DNA of 63,983 nucleotides, filler included, from Parasitella parasitica NRRL 2501 (lineage: Eukaryota; Fungi; Mucoromycota): assembly GCA_025201805.1 (NCBI GenBank). It is 11 parts of 11 records of this genome, joined end to end, with 100 filler letters (N's around TTAATTAATTAA, not from the genome) between each part and the next. Parts side by side here need not be neighbours in the genome. Positions count along the whole stretch, not along the records: positions 1 to 5,239 come from MU619496.1; positions 5,340 to 18,364 come from MU619483.1; 9 more parts are not named here. One strand, 5' to 3'. The position numbers and the translations under genes were made by a program. Positions 1 through 10,874 of this stretch are shown here, piece by piece. The notes below the pieces were generated by a model. It had not been told where the DNA came from, made no database searches, and was given only the letters and a program-made list of their open reading frames with translations. Positions within the stretch are counted from its first letter, which is position 1. Each line of letters begins with the position of its first letter.

Positions 1-296
1 CAAATGCTATATTGCATTCGATCTTTTGATCATTGTTGCAAGCATTGGGAAACAAAAAAGTTGGGATCAGGAACTATGTCCGAAAAGAAAAAAGGAAGCA
101 AAAGATATCTCAGACCAACAATGACATCTAGGATGGTCAGGGTGGTGGATGGGAGACGCATGGCTAATAAGGAAGATCAATGACAACATGGATGCCCTCG
201 CATCGTGCATAGAAATGATTGTAGCAGTGGAGGGACAAACAGAGGAAGCAAATCACAACCGGTTCACCACAGAGCAGGAAAAAAATTGGACGCCTG

Positions 297-3200
297 TTAG
301 GCTGGGGAAGCCCACACTTGTCCAGGAGCAGGATCTGTCGTGTAATCCCCGTCAGGATTACAGAGCTGGTCAAAATGCCAAAGAAGAGTGCAGAGATCAG
401 ACCACCAAGGTGGACAGTTGGAGGAGGAAGGAGAGGTCGGCAACAGATTCAATGCATGGTCGATAATTGTACCATGAAAAGAATCTGGGGGGAGTGGCAG
501 AGAAGAGATCAAATCAGATGGCAGTGTGGAGCATTCATGTAGGTGACGGCGGGATGTTCGATCACGATTACATGCACAGGGTCTTGGTTTACCAGGCAGC
601 CAACCCATTCTATAACGAACAAGACGACTACGACAGGGTCTACTAGCAGGGACGAACATGACGGGATCGATACCAATTTTTGGGCGACAAGCACGAATCA
701 GTACCTTGTCAGTCTTGGACAGAAATTCATCTTGCCATTGCTGGCGTCGGTCAAAAAACCACTTTTTCAAGTGACGTTTGTTGACAGAGGGAACTTCGAC
801 TAGAGCACGAGCAGCTAATTTTTGTTTTTTCAATTTGGACAAAGAAGAACTTGGTAGCGAAGTGGACAACAAAGAGATCAGACCGTCTTCCGGTAGAAAC
901 AGTGAGCGCAAACAATACTGGGCAACTAAAATTGCAGCGCGTTGTTTCATCAAAGGAAGATTTGTCACGTGTCGAAATACCATGGTTGAAGCAGCACGAT
1001 GACCACCAAAAATCATCCGAAGACACGTATCCTGGACCTTTTCCAAAGCCTTGAAATCAGCCTCACGAAGACAAGCAACACCCAAGCCATATTCGAGTTT
1101 TGGACGAACAAAACAGGCGTACAGCTTGGTAGAGAAGAGCAGCGGGAATCCAGAGCGATTGCAACCAATTGAGTTAAGTTGTGCCATAGTTGCCATAGTT
1201 CCACGTTGACATTTCTTGACAATAGCAGGTGTGCAAATTCCTTTGCGATCGAAAGGTACACCGAGATATACGAATTCATCCACGACAGGAATTTCTTCAC
1301 CATATAAAGTCAAATCAACAAAGGTTGAAGAGGTACGAGAAGGTGGATTGATAATAGCACATTTGGACGGGGCCCAACGATATCCAAGCGAGAGAGAGTG
1401 TGTTTCAGCAAGAGATAGCATGTGTTTCACTTCACGAGCAGAACCTAGGATAGCAACATCATCAGCATATAATAAAGAGTTAATTGCAATACTGTGTGGA
1501 ACGAGGTTATGATGGCTTGACCAAAGAGGCGTAGGAGCAGAGGAAGGAGAGGTAGAGACTATGGTAGTGGTTGAAGCAGATGCAGCTTGTCGTAATAGAG
1601 CAGGCAATGAATTGATGAAGATGCTGAATAGATGAGGGCTTAAACTGGATCCCTGAAGCAATCCTGTGTGAAGGGAGAGTTCTTTCGATACGCAGTTTTG
1701 GTTCAATACAGAAATGGACACATCATCAAACAAATTTGAGAGCAGAGAAACGACAGGCATGGGAGCATTAGCAGATAGAAGTGATTGCCAAATAACACGG
1801 CGATCTACAACATCATACGCACTCTTGATATCCAAAAAGCAGACAGTCGGCCAATGATAATGTTGGTGTTGATACTCTTTCATGAGATCTTGTAAACTGA
1901 GAGCACCATCTAAAGCACTTCGTGCAGTACGGAATCCATTTTGAGCAACATCAATGGTAGGCGAGATGTCCAGAACAAGAGGGGCAAGGCACAATTCAAA
2001 GAGTTTCCTCAGGGTACTAGTCAGTGAAATAGGCCGGAAGCTAGATGCTTCAGTGACAGGTCCTTTCTTGTGAATACTACACACATTACCATGTCGCCAA
2101 TCAGATGGTGTGTAAGACCACTGATATGTTAAGGCAAACATGTATGACAAGATTTGGGCAAGCGGCTTTCGAATAGGGACAAGCATTTCCCCGCGTAACG
2201 AATCTCTTCCAGGTGCTTTTCTTTTTGGTAGCAACTTAATCTTTTCGATAATATTATCAATACTGATAATCTCATCAAAAGCCTCATTATGGACAGTAGC
2301 CGATGGAATTTGGTTAGGATTAGTAGCATCATCAGCATCTATAGACAATACATGTGATAGAGAAGGAACAAATGGAGCAGCATCAGGATTCAAAGTACTC
2401 ACTATACCACTAGGTAAAAGAGTACCACCAACAAAAGAGTCCTGGTCAGACGTGTTGAACAGTATAGCATCAGCAGTCTCAGCAAGAAGAGAAGCTGTAG
2501 CTTGTAACGTATCGCTACCGGATACAATTACACCAAAAGGGACGGGTAAACCATCCGCGAAAGGACATGGAGGTCGAGTTTGAGGTAGGTTAGCACCAGA
2601 GTAAATTGTAGCAAGATGATCACGCATAGCAGTAGCACCAGCTTGAGCACCATCCACATGTAGATACCCTGATTGTCTTTGGCGCCTAGATTTGATCAAT
2701 TTGACTTTAGACATAGCTTTTGAGAAATCTTGTTGAAATAAAGATGCACAAAATGCGTGCCAGGAAACCTGTTTAGCTCTACGAAGCGCTTGTTTGAACT
2801 GTTGATGGGCTTGGTTGTGTTGATTCCACCAGAATGCTTTATCCAATGAGTCTGGACAACGACGATAGTTACGGTACATAGATTCGCGATGATCCGCTAA
2901 TCTTTGTAAGTCAGGAGTCCAAAACTTTTTCCAATACGAGGGGCGTTGAGACTGACGAGTGACAGAATCATCAAGCGCCTTATAAATACATTGGTTAAGC
3001 TCAGTATTTAACTCATCAATTGGAGGGCGAAAAGTAGGAGGGGATTGTACAAAAGAAATCAGCCGGTTTAGCAACGGTTTAGAGAGAGACTCAAAACGCT
3101 GAGCATACAGATTTCGTACGTCAGATTCTTGTAAACGTGAAAGCTTCCAGAGACGACGAGGAGATGATGATTGTGGTTCAACAATAGCGGGTGGTTCCGT

Positions 3201-4106
3201 AGAAAGATAATCAAAGGTTAGCGACATCAGTTTGTGATCAGATCCCAAAGACAAATCAGAGTAAATACTAATTGAAGGTGAAGAAGAGGAAGATGAGGTA
3301 TCCAGAGAGGCAGAAGAAAGAGATGCTACATTGGTAATGTAGTAATCGACAATGCTACTTACATCTCGCCCACGACGACGATCCTCTAGGGTAGGTGTGG
3401 CGTGGGCTAATTGACAATTCAAAACGTTTAATTCATTATCAGCACAGTACTCTTGAAGAAGATTGCCACGAGCATTAGTATCATAGTCACCAACGAAACT
3501 ACCCATACGTGCATTGAGGTCGCCACATATAATTGTATCATGATCCAATGGTATTGCGTTGAGGATAGACGAGACTTCAGCGGTATAGAGACCATCTTGT
3601 TCGGGAGGTATGTACAGACAGATGAGCCGAAGCTCGCGACCAAGTTGAATGCCTAGGGCATAATGCTGGAGAGCAGCTGGGAGAGGGGTCTGGAAGGCGG
3701 TAAGAGGGCAGGTGGGGTTGATGAGACAAGACACACCACGAGAGCCACGACCACCACCAGCAACAGGGACACCGGGCAGATGGAATTGCTGCCAATTGGT
3801 GGGAAGATGGATCGGCGTACGATGTAACCAAGTTTCGGTTATGAAAAGGACGGAAAAGGATTGGCAATAACGGAGAACATCATCAATTGTTGTGTCTCTG
3901 AGACCGCGAGCGTTCCAGAGACCAATTGTGAGTGGGGTGGGAAAGGCGCTATTAATGACGGTGGCCGAGAGGCCAGGAGGAGATGTTGGCGAGTAAGAGA
4001 AATTAATATAATTATCGGTATTGTTGGTAAGGAGAGTAGTAGTAGTGGGGACAGGTAGTTCAGGAAGCGAGGAAGAGTTATAATGATTGAGTCTACACTC
4101 AATCAT
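297..4106 (-). CDS. LINE ORF2: apurinic-like endonuclease, reverse transcriptase, C-terminal Cys/His region
   Basis: 1269 aa uninterrupted. APE motifs WNARGL, FITETW, ICGDLNAR, SDH. RT motifs KAPGRD, FRPISL, QNGFR, FLDIKSAYD, GLLQGSSLSP, LYADD, YLGV. C-terminal CACN...HLHEC. Confidence 0.96.
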   Translation of the reverse strand: MIECRLNHYNSSSLPELPVPTTTTLLTNNTDNYINFSYSPTSPPGLSATVINSAFPTPLTIGLWNARGLRDTTIDDVLRYCQSFSVLFITETWLHRTPIHLPTNWQQFHLPGVPVAGGGRGSRGVSCLINPTCPLTAFQTPLPAALQHYALGIQLGRELRLICLYIPPEQDGLYTAEVSSILNAIPLDHDTIICGDLNARMGSFVGDYDTNARGNLLQEYCADNELNVLNCQLAHATPTLEDRRRGRDVSSIVDYYITNVASLSSASLDTSSSSSSPSISIYSDLSLGSDHKLMSLTFDYLSTEPPAIVEPQSSSPRRLWKLSRLQESDVRNLYAQRFESLSKPLLNRLISFVQSPPTFRPPIDELNTELNQCIYKALDDSVTRQSQRPSYWKKFWTPDLQRLADHRESMYRNYRRCPDSLDKAFWWNQHNQAHQQFKQALRRAKQVSWHAFCASLFQQDFSKAMSKVKLIKSRRQRQSGYLHVDGAQAGATAMRDHLATIYSGANLPQTRPPCPFADGLPVPFGVIVSGSDTLQATASLLAETADAILFNTSDQDSFVGGTLLPSGIVSTLNPDAAPFVPSLSHVLSIDADDATNPNQIPSATVHNEAFDEIISIDNIIEKIKLLPKRKAPGRDSLRGEMLVPIRKPLAQILSYMFALTYQWSYTPSDWRHGNVCSIHKKGPVTEASSFRPISLTSTLRKLFELCLAPLVLDISPTIDVAQNGFRTARSALDGALSLQDLMKEYQHQHYHWPTVCFLDIKSAYDVVDRRVIWQSLLSANAPMPVVSLLSNLFDDVSISVLNQNCVSKELSLHTGLLQGSSLSPHLFSIFINSLPALLRQAASASTTTIVSTSPSSAPTPLWSSHHNLVPHSIAINSLLYADDVAILGSAREVKHMLSLAETHSLSLGYRWAPSKCAIINPPSRTSSTFVDLTLYGEEIPVVDEFVYLGVPFDRKGICTPAIVKKCQRGTMATMAQLNSIGCNRSGFPLLFSTKLYACFVRPKLEYGLGVACLREADFKALEKVQDTCLRMIFGGHRAASTMVFRHVTNLPLMKQRAAILVAQYCLRSLFLPEDGLISLLSTSLPSSSLSKLKKQKLAARALVEVPSVNKRHLKKWFFDRRQQWQDEFLSKTDKVLIRACRPKIGIDPVMFVPASRPCRSRLVRYRMGWLPGKPRPCACNRDRTSRRHLHECSTLPSDLISSLPLPPDSFHGTIIDHALNLLPTSPSSSNCPPWWSDLCTLLWHFDQLCNPDGDYTTDPAPGQVWASPA

Positions 4107-5023
4107 TATAACATTTCCACCTCGGATTCGTACATATCTGCATCGGCATCCCGAGGCCTACGGTAGCCAAAGAGGCCATCCTTAGGGGATAGAGCGTCGA
4201 TTTCTTCAGAGGTAGTCCATCCTTGGGACAAGAAGTATGAGGCGACGGAAGCAAAGAGGCGAGAGCGACGTTTGGCAAGATATTGGAGCGACTGGCAGCA
4301 GCGATTCAATTGCAATTCAAATGCAATTTCCTCACGTTTGGTGGTGGGTAAATCTTGGTACTTGGGGTCGGCAAGATGCTTGGGGTCGGCTGGATCAAAA
4401 TCAGCATTAACGGCAACTTTGTGCTTTTGTAAAATGTCAAGAAATTCGGCCTCGAATTGAGCATGGATAAGGACTCCAATTATATTCCTGGCAGGAAACG
4501 AAATATCTACGATGCGAGAGGCTTCGGCACCGATGAGGTGCAAGTTATTTCTGACTTCGGTACGAGTAAATCGGCGGGAGCGGTGAATGTACACAGTAGT
4601 ATAGCCCTGAGGGCCGGCTACTGCCAGATTAAAACCACGGGTGATGGCCTGACGGTGTTTTTCGGTAACCTTCGAAGGGTCGCGGATTTTTCGAGCGTTG
4701 GAGGGCTTCTTAACAACTTCAGTCCAGGTTGAGGTTGCCTTCCCAGCATTTTTGGGTGTGGGCTTGGTCTTGGGGGTCTGATTGGTTACTGGGCTACTTT
4801 TGACAGTTGAAGAAGGGAGAGCAGTAAGATCGGCGATCTGTTGACGGAGACTGGCATTTTCCTGGGTCAAGGAAAAATTTTTGTTCTTCAGATCCAAAAC
4901 AGTATTTTTAAGAGCATTCAACTCTTCCAAGGCGGTACGATGGGCAGAAATATCCTTCTGCATGTTAAAAACTAATGTCTGCAAGTCGTATTGCGACATA
5001 AGAGTGGAAGACTCAGGCTCCAT
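4106..5023 (-). CDS. LINE ORF1 (coiled coil plus conserved C-terminal domain)
   Basis: 305 aa with an N-terminal coiled coil. GPQGY-x-VYI, RIVDISFP and DFDPADPKHLADPKY motifs are shared with the ORFs at 18910-19800 and 44445-45524. Its stop overlaps the ORF2 ATG (TAATG). Confidence 0.88.
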   Translation of the reverse strand: MEPESSTLMSQYDLQTLVFNMQKDISAHRTALEELNALKNTVLDLKNKNFSLTQENASLRQQIADLTALPSSTVKSSPVTNQTPKTKPTPKNAGKATSTWTEVVKKPSNARKIRDPSKVTEKHRQAITRGFNLAVAGPQGYTTVYIHRSRRFTRTEVRNNLHLIGAEASRIVDISFPARNIIGVLIHAQFEAEFLDILQKHKVAVNADFDPADPKHLADPKYQDLPTTKREEIAFELQLNRCCQSLQYLAKRRSRLFASVASYFLSQGWTTSEEIDALSPKDGLFGYRRPRDADADMYESEVEML

Positions 5024-5239
5024 GTTCGGTTGACTAACTGCTGATTTTGCGAGTGAAAAAATATTTGTTGTTTGTTTGGGGGTTTCAACAACACAGGTAA
5101 ATATTTGATCAATCGTACTGAAATGAATACCGAGTATACTTCAAGTTATTAACACTTAATGTATAATCGATTTATGGTTTTTGTTTTGCTGTTTTACTGC
5201 TGTGGATTTCCTAGTCTAATATTAATATCACGTGTACCT

Positions 5240-5339
5240 NNNNNNNNNNNNNNNNNNNNNNNNNNNNNNNNNNNNNNNNNNNNTTAATTAATTAANNNNN
5301 NNNNNNNNNNNNNNNNNNNNNNNNNNNNNNNNNNNNNNN
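5240..5339. other. Artificial contig linker N-TTAATTAATTAA-N
   Basis: Six-frame-stop spacer. Recurs at about 18365-18465, 19801-19900, 43611-43710, 45879-45978, 51255-51354, 54484-54583, 57515-57614, 59414-59513 and 62408-62507. Confidence 0.98.
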
Positions 5340-5420
5340 GCTGCTGTCTTGAGTGCAGCATAGTTCTTGCGCTGCTGTCTTGAGTGCAGCAAAATTCTTG
5401 GATCGCTGTCTTGAGTGCAG
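5340..5420. repeat. Short tandem repeat, ~31 bp period, core GCTGTCTTGAGTGCAG x3
   Basis: Three cores visible at the contig start. Confidence 0.75.
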
Positions 5421-6686
5421 TGGAAGCTATTATCCAAGGTAAAGAGGTGGTTAGTGATTTTGTTGAATACATGCAAATATGTGTACACCTTATTCATATC
5501 AATACCAGGGGATTTCACTGCGGGCGTTGGTAGAACTATGTCTAGAGAGCAGTGATTATCTAAGGTCGAGAAGTAGTCATCGTCATATTTGGTATGTAAA
5601 ATTGTGAATTTGTGTATAAAATCTTGTCAATCTATTCGTTTAAAAAGAAGTATTAGTTTTAAGTATCTTGTCATACAAATATACATATACGCTATGTGTG
5701 GGTAAACAAGGTAATTGGATCGTAGCAATCAAGTGTTGCAAGTAAAAATTTTAATGTGAAGAAGCAATGAAAATTAGTATCAGGACGCGTAGACGTGTTG
5801 GTATATAAACGTGACGATTTTCCATTTCCAATTTCATCCATGGCCTGTTATTTAATGTAAAGAACTAGTTTTTTTATCAAATCACGAAACATTACGAATT
5901 GACAAAACACTATGTAATGACAAAATGCTATGTATTAAAAAACAGAAAAATGTCCCTGTAACTATGATTGTTTCTTGCCTTGCTGGTTAAAGCAGCTCTC
6001 TCGGTATTTGCAACCACTATGGCCGAGATAGTATGCACATTGCTACCAAGTGAGCATATCACTAAAGCCTTAGATATTTTGCACATTGAATATAGTTAAA
6101 AATACATTTACATGCACAATGCGCATAATATACAAACAGCACATGTGCTTACTGTTAAGCTCATATGTGGTTTTCACATAACATGCCTATATGGTTATAA
6201 TATTATGCTTACTCGTGCTTAATATTTGAAAAGCCTGTGTGTGTGCCAATATGCATGTTTGTGCACAATATCAAAAAAAAATTATAGTATTGATATTGTA
6301 TGTATCTCTCATGAAAGTTTCTCACGTATTTATTATTGGTTTCAAATTGTAGAAGGGCTTATTTTAGTAAATAAATTTTATTTACTAGCATATTGTCGAC
6401 AGAAGAATACGGTTTATAGAATCAATGAGCCCAACATTTGGCACTGTCATTTCCAAAGTCTACTGCTATACGCAGTGTTTGCCGGAGTAACGGCTCGTTT
6501 CCCTTACTTAATCTTCCACTTAAGTAAAGATACATTGGCAGATCGTATCTTAGAATAATAGCAAATTTACCTAGTACTCTAAAATTTAGAGTGCCTTAAA
6601 GAGTTTACATGTTATTTGCTCTATTCCCTAGTCCTGTAGCAACTACACATAACAATTTTTATTTTCAACGCACGGTTCTATAACAG

Positions 6687-7006
6687 TGATATATACGAAT
6701 AATTGCTATACAAAAATATATATAGTTATAATTTGACAGATAGTATGTTTGCCGACTGTAAAAACAAAGAGCTACTATTCAATAATATAAAGTTCGTATA
6801 AAAGGACTAGTTCTCTGTAATATAAATAAATATACACTAGAGACGAGTGTATGCAAAATAATGTAAAGTTAAGTTTACGAGAGAAAAAGATTATTTATTA
6901 TCAATGTTGACATATGCAAAGCATATGCAACTTCCAGTAAGATCGATCAATTACTACATGAAAATGTGTAACCAAAAATGTACACTACAGCTACTTGCAC
7001 ATATCA
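6687..7006. mobile_element. Solo LTR (TGAT...ATCA)
   Basis: TG..CA ends flanked by ACAG on both sides. Diverged inverted copy of 7426-7750. Confidence 0.8.
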
Positions 7007-7425
7007 ACAGGATCAGCAAAACCTAGATAGCTAACTTCTTATTTTCTCAATTCTGGTTCATTTAATTGAATAAACAAAATGCCAGAAATTAAATTTTCAA
7101 ACATCTAGCAAGAATAGAAACCTTTGGTAGCCATATCTTTCGCCAACAACAAAATGCTCTTACTTGATATATCAAAGTCGTACAATCAAAGGGATAAACG
7201 AATGCACAAATTTTGTTCTATGGTATTCAAGCAAGATAATCGAATCAATCCAATTTTGTTGAGCTTGGCTTTCAAACCACTTTTGCGACAAATCCTGCAA
7301 AATTTGTCTATTTGATACCTGGCTTTTCCTCTTTTAGCAACTTCCTCATCTTGCCACATAACTTTTAGTTCATATCAATGTCACAAAGAATACCCCAAAA
7401 CTGCTAAAACTGGATGTTACTTAAC

Positions 7426-8500
7426 TGATATGTGTAAGTAGCTGTAGTGTACAGTTTTGGTTACACAAAATCTTCATATAGTAATAGATCGATCTTGCCG
7501 TAGGTTGCATACGTTTTGCAAATGTCAACATGGATAATAAATAACGTTTTTTCTCTCGTAAACTTAACTTTACATTATTTTGCATACACTCCTCTCTAGT
7601 GTATATTTATTTACATTACAGAGAACTACTCCTTTTATACGAATTGATTAATTTATTGAATAGTATCTCTTGGTTTTTACAATCGGCAAACATGCTATCT
7701 GTCCATTTATAATCAATACATTCTTGTATAGCAACTATTCGTACATATCACAGCTCTCTCTCTCTCTTTCTTTGTTTGTGCTTTCATTCACTCTTATTTT
7801 TTTTCTTCTAGTCGATTTTTCTTTTTGCATTTTGCGGATTATACTGTTGTCAATAACACACCTTTTATATAGATCTTTCATTACATGGTTCTCAAGATCC
7901 TGCCGCACTCTATGCAGGTCTCCTATAGTTGATCTTATCTCTTTCTTCTCCAACATCCCAGTCTCTTGGCTTGGTTTCTGGTCACTACCAGTCTCCCACT
8001 CTTGCCGCAATATTTGGTAGCGCTCGATACATTGTAGAAATTCCTCAAGATTCACTTCTATGGCGCTTTGTCACTAATTTCCTATCCTCTCTCTCTTGTG
8101 CCTCAGCTCTCATTTTAAAGACACTTTGGATTATACCCTTTTCGTGTCCTACAAAATTAATAGTTTGGCAAACAAATCAACCACGCCACCTAGCTACATT
8201 TTTCTAACATCCTTCGATCTTCATCTGCTTATTATTACTATCCTCTTTTGGACTGATTTCTATCACTCAACACCACTCATAATTATGGCCATTCTAGAAT
8301 TCGTTTTGGATATCTCACTAGTCTCTGATCTTTTTTGTTAATCCTTTAAATTTGGGCTCTGTTTTTTCGCTCGTGGAATCAAAACTTGTCAAGTATAAAC
8401 AAAAGTCTTTCATTGCAGCTGGTATTCCTCATTGACCACTTGCTTTCTTTAAAATACATTTACTATAATAATCTGCGTCCCACTTCTATATTCGTCCAGT
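7426..8500 (-). mobile_element. Degenerate LTR retrotransposon 3' end (LTR 7426-7750 with adjacent polypurine tract)
   Basis: LTR homologous to 6687-7006 with no TSD. A (GA)n purine tract precedes it on the minus strand (7751-7770). Decayed coding-like sequence lies beyond; the right boundary is approximate. Confidence 0.6.
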
Positions 8501-8816
8501 TAACTTAAATTAATATAGACTACATTGTATGTGTACAGTTAATAATATGCACCATACAAATTTATACTCTATAGGATATAGGCTAGAGATGTCACCACTA
8601 GGATGGGAAACGCTATAGACCTATACTTATACTTATATCTCGACATGAGCATTGGATATTTACTAGGCCTAGTAAGTGCTACGGGCTTATATAAGATCTA
8701 TGCTTTAGACGCGTATTCGCAGTTCTCAGATACGTACCACAAGACATATACTTATATCCATGATGCTAGTAGAGACCTTGCTAGATTATAAATTTTTCAG
8801 ATTTCTAAAACAGTAC

Positions 8817-9274
8817 TGTTGTGCCAGTGTCAAAGGGCGCAGCGTAATGTTACGTAAATATGATTTGTATAAAGTAATAAAGACTTTTCTGAATAAAACC
8901 AGATACAAAACTGAAGACTTTTATTGACATAAGATATGATCTCTATTTATACTAAAATATATCCCAATCAATGTTTATCCACATAACATCTGATGTTTGA
9001 CAAGAAGTGTCAAACCTTATTAAATCACAGCATTTCCAGGACAGACCTATCTTTCTATTTTACATTAAAGAGAAGACTGGGTAGGATGTCTTCCCGACAT
9101 CCCGCGATCTGATCTAGATGTGTTCTTTGAATAAGCCTGGAACCTTGCAAGAGGTCCAATTACAACTTGTAGCTTATTCCTTATTTGTAAAAGAATTACC
9201 AACAATTAATATCATGATCCGTGCATTATGACCAAGTTAGATATGACATATGTAGCCTTTATATGGATACAACA
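8817..9274. mobile_element. Solo LTR (TGTTGTGCCAG...GGATACAACA), TSD AGTAC
   Basis: 5-bp TSD at 8812-8816 and 9275-9279. Near-identical copy at 58066-58522. Confidence 0.93.
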
Positions 9275-9626
9275 AGTACGATTTTTGTGTAATGCCTGTA
9301 CAACGACAAGTTCTTTATAGAAATTACGTGAATTGGAAAGAAATGTCTATTCTGTTATTAACAATATGGACCCCAATACAATTGAGGATGATTTAATTCT
9401 TTTATTGCATGCTAGAAGTATGCGTGAATCTCCCAAAAGACAAAGAGTAAAGTATGAGCGTTTGATTTTGGAGGGATTGACCAATCAAAAGTGCAAGGCA
9501 ATGTTTTGCTTCACCCTTGGAGAAATCAAGCGCATCTGCGAAATGCTTTAAAGCTGGATTCCATAGTCAGATTAAATGGTGTCCAAGCAAAAAATCATTT
9601 TGCGATGGTAATGTTTTTGTACACTC

Positions 9627-10036
9627 TGATCTGCCATAATTATAGACAAGAGATCATGACAATGTACTTCAATTGAAGATTGAAGATTGTCCAATGATGT
9701 AATGTGATACGCTTGTGTAAATTGGAGAATAAAGTCTCTGTTTCAAATCAAGAAGGTTATTCCTGTAAGTAACACAGATCTGAGCACCAGGATAAAGGTT
9801 AAGGCTCTGTCAGATCAAAGACGTGTAGCCCTTGCTGTATAACCTCATATCGTACCCTGTTAAGTAGATTGTCACTGTGAATTAGTCTTGTCAATTAGTA
9901 GTCTAAATAAGTCACCATAAATTTATGTAGTTGTAAAAAGTATAAATAGCAGATGCAATTTCGATCTTAAATAAAGTATCTTTAGTTTTCGTATCTCGTT
10001 AACCTTTGGTTTTTTTATTATCTTTTTGATCCAACA
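9627..10036 (-). mobile_element. Solo LTR, TSD CACTC
   Basis: TG..CA ends with TSD at 9622-9626 and 10037-10041. The first ~210 bp match 49262-49469 next to a gypsy integrase. Confidence 0.92.
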
Positions 10037-10395
10037 CACTCGCGCCTTCCCTCGAAGACTTGTAGACATCAGCAAATATTTTGGTGTCTCTGAATGCAAC
10101 GTATCTAGAATATTGAATGGCATATCCAAAATAATTATTGAAAAGATCAAGTACGGTTTGGAGTTTGATGAAAGGCAATTCTCAAAAGAAAACTGTGAGC
10201 GATTTTCAAAAGCAATTTTCGATAGAGGGGCATACTATTCACATATCGTTGGATTTATCGACGTTACAATGCGGCAGATATGTCGACCTACTGGTAACTT
10301 AGTGCAGGAAAATATGTACAACGGCTGGAAACACATCCATTGCAACAAGTTCCAGCCAACCTCTACACCTGATGGTATTACTACTAGCTTATGTG

Positions 10396-10874
10396 CGTTG
10401 TATCCACAGAATACCATGGTTACCACTATTTCAACTCAGTTTTCATGGAAAACGTTCCTGATCGGATCTAAGGTTAAATGGCATCGATTATTCTATCTAG
10501 TAAATAAAATTATTCAATAGAATGTCTTGTATAAAAAACCATCTATTTGGGTTGTTCTACTTATTTTAAATTGCGAAGCTCAACTTACCGATGAATGATT
10601 CACATTCATAACGATTAGCTGATTAAATATAGAAATAGGTCTTGCTCTGACTACTACTGTGTTATAATCTTGTTTGACAATTAAATGTCAAGCATGGCCT
10701 GATTGTATTTTATAGATTGATTTAGATAGATTTATTTTGATATAAATAGACAGCTTCTTGTCAATCAATAAATTAATAGTTTTGTATCTGGTAAACTAAG
10801 TCTTTATTACATTCTTATATTTTTATGTCACATACAATCACCTGCTGTGCTCATTTTCAAGACCTGGCACAACA
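10396..10874. mobile_element. Solo LTR, TSD ATGTG
   Basis: TSD at 10391-10395 and 10875-10879. Termini are the reverse complement of the 8817-9274 termini with one mismatch; the interior differs. Confidence 0.9.

Larger units (their letters stand above)
1..5239 (-). mobile_element. Near full-length L1-like non-LTR retrotransposon (ORF1 + APE-RT ORF2)
   Basis: Two intact ORFs on the minus strand plus 5' and 3' UTRs. The 5' UTR end (5144-5239) matches 43711-43805. Architecture resembles the Mucoromycotina Grem-LINE1 type, but family membership is not verified. Confidence 0.93.

Noticed and set aside
5284-5295. Recurrent TTAATTAATTAA motif between N runs
   Set aside because: Artificial six-frame-stop linker. 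Adjacency across these linkers has no biological meaning.
5340-5420. Palindromic repeats with short variable spacers that look CRISPR-like
   Set aside because: Only three units, the spacers resemble each other, there are no cas genes and the context is eukaryotic.
6687-7750. Inverted 320-bp repeats as TIRs of a foldback or DIRS element
   Set aside because: Each copy has its own TG..CA ends. One has a TSD and the other a PPT, so they are independent LTR insertions.
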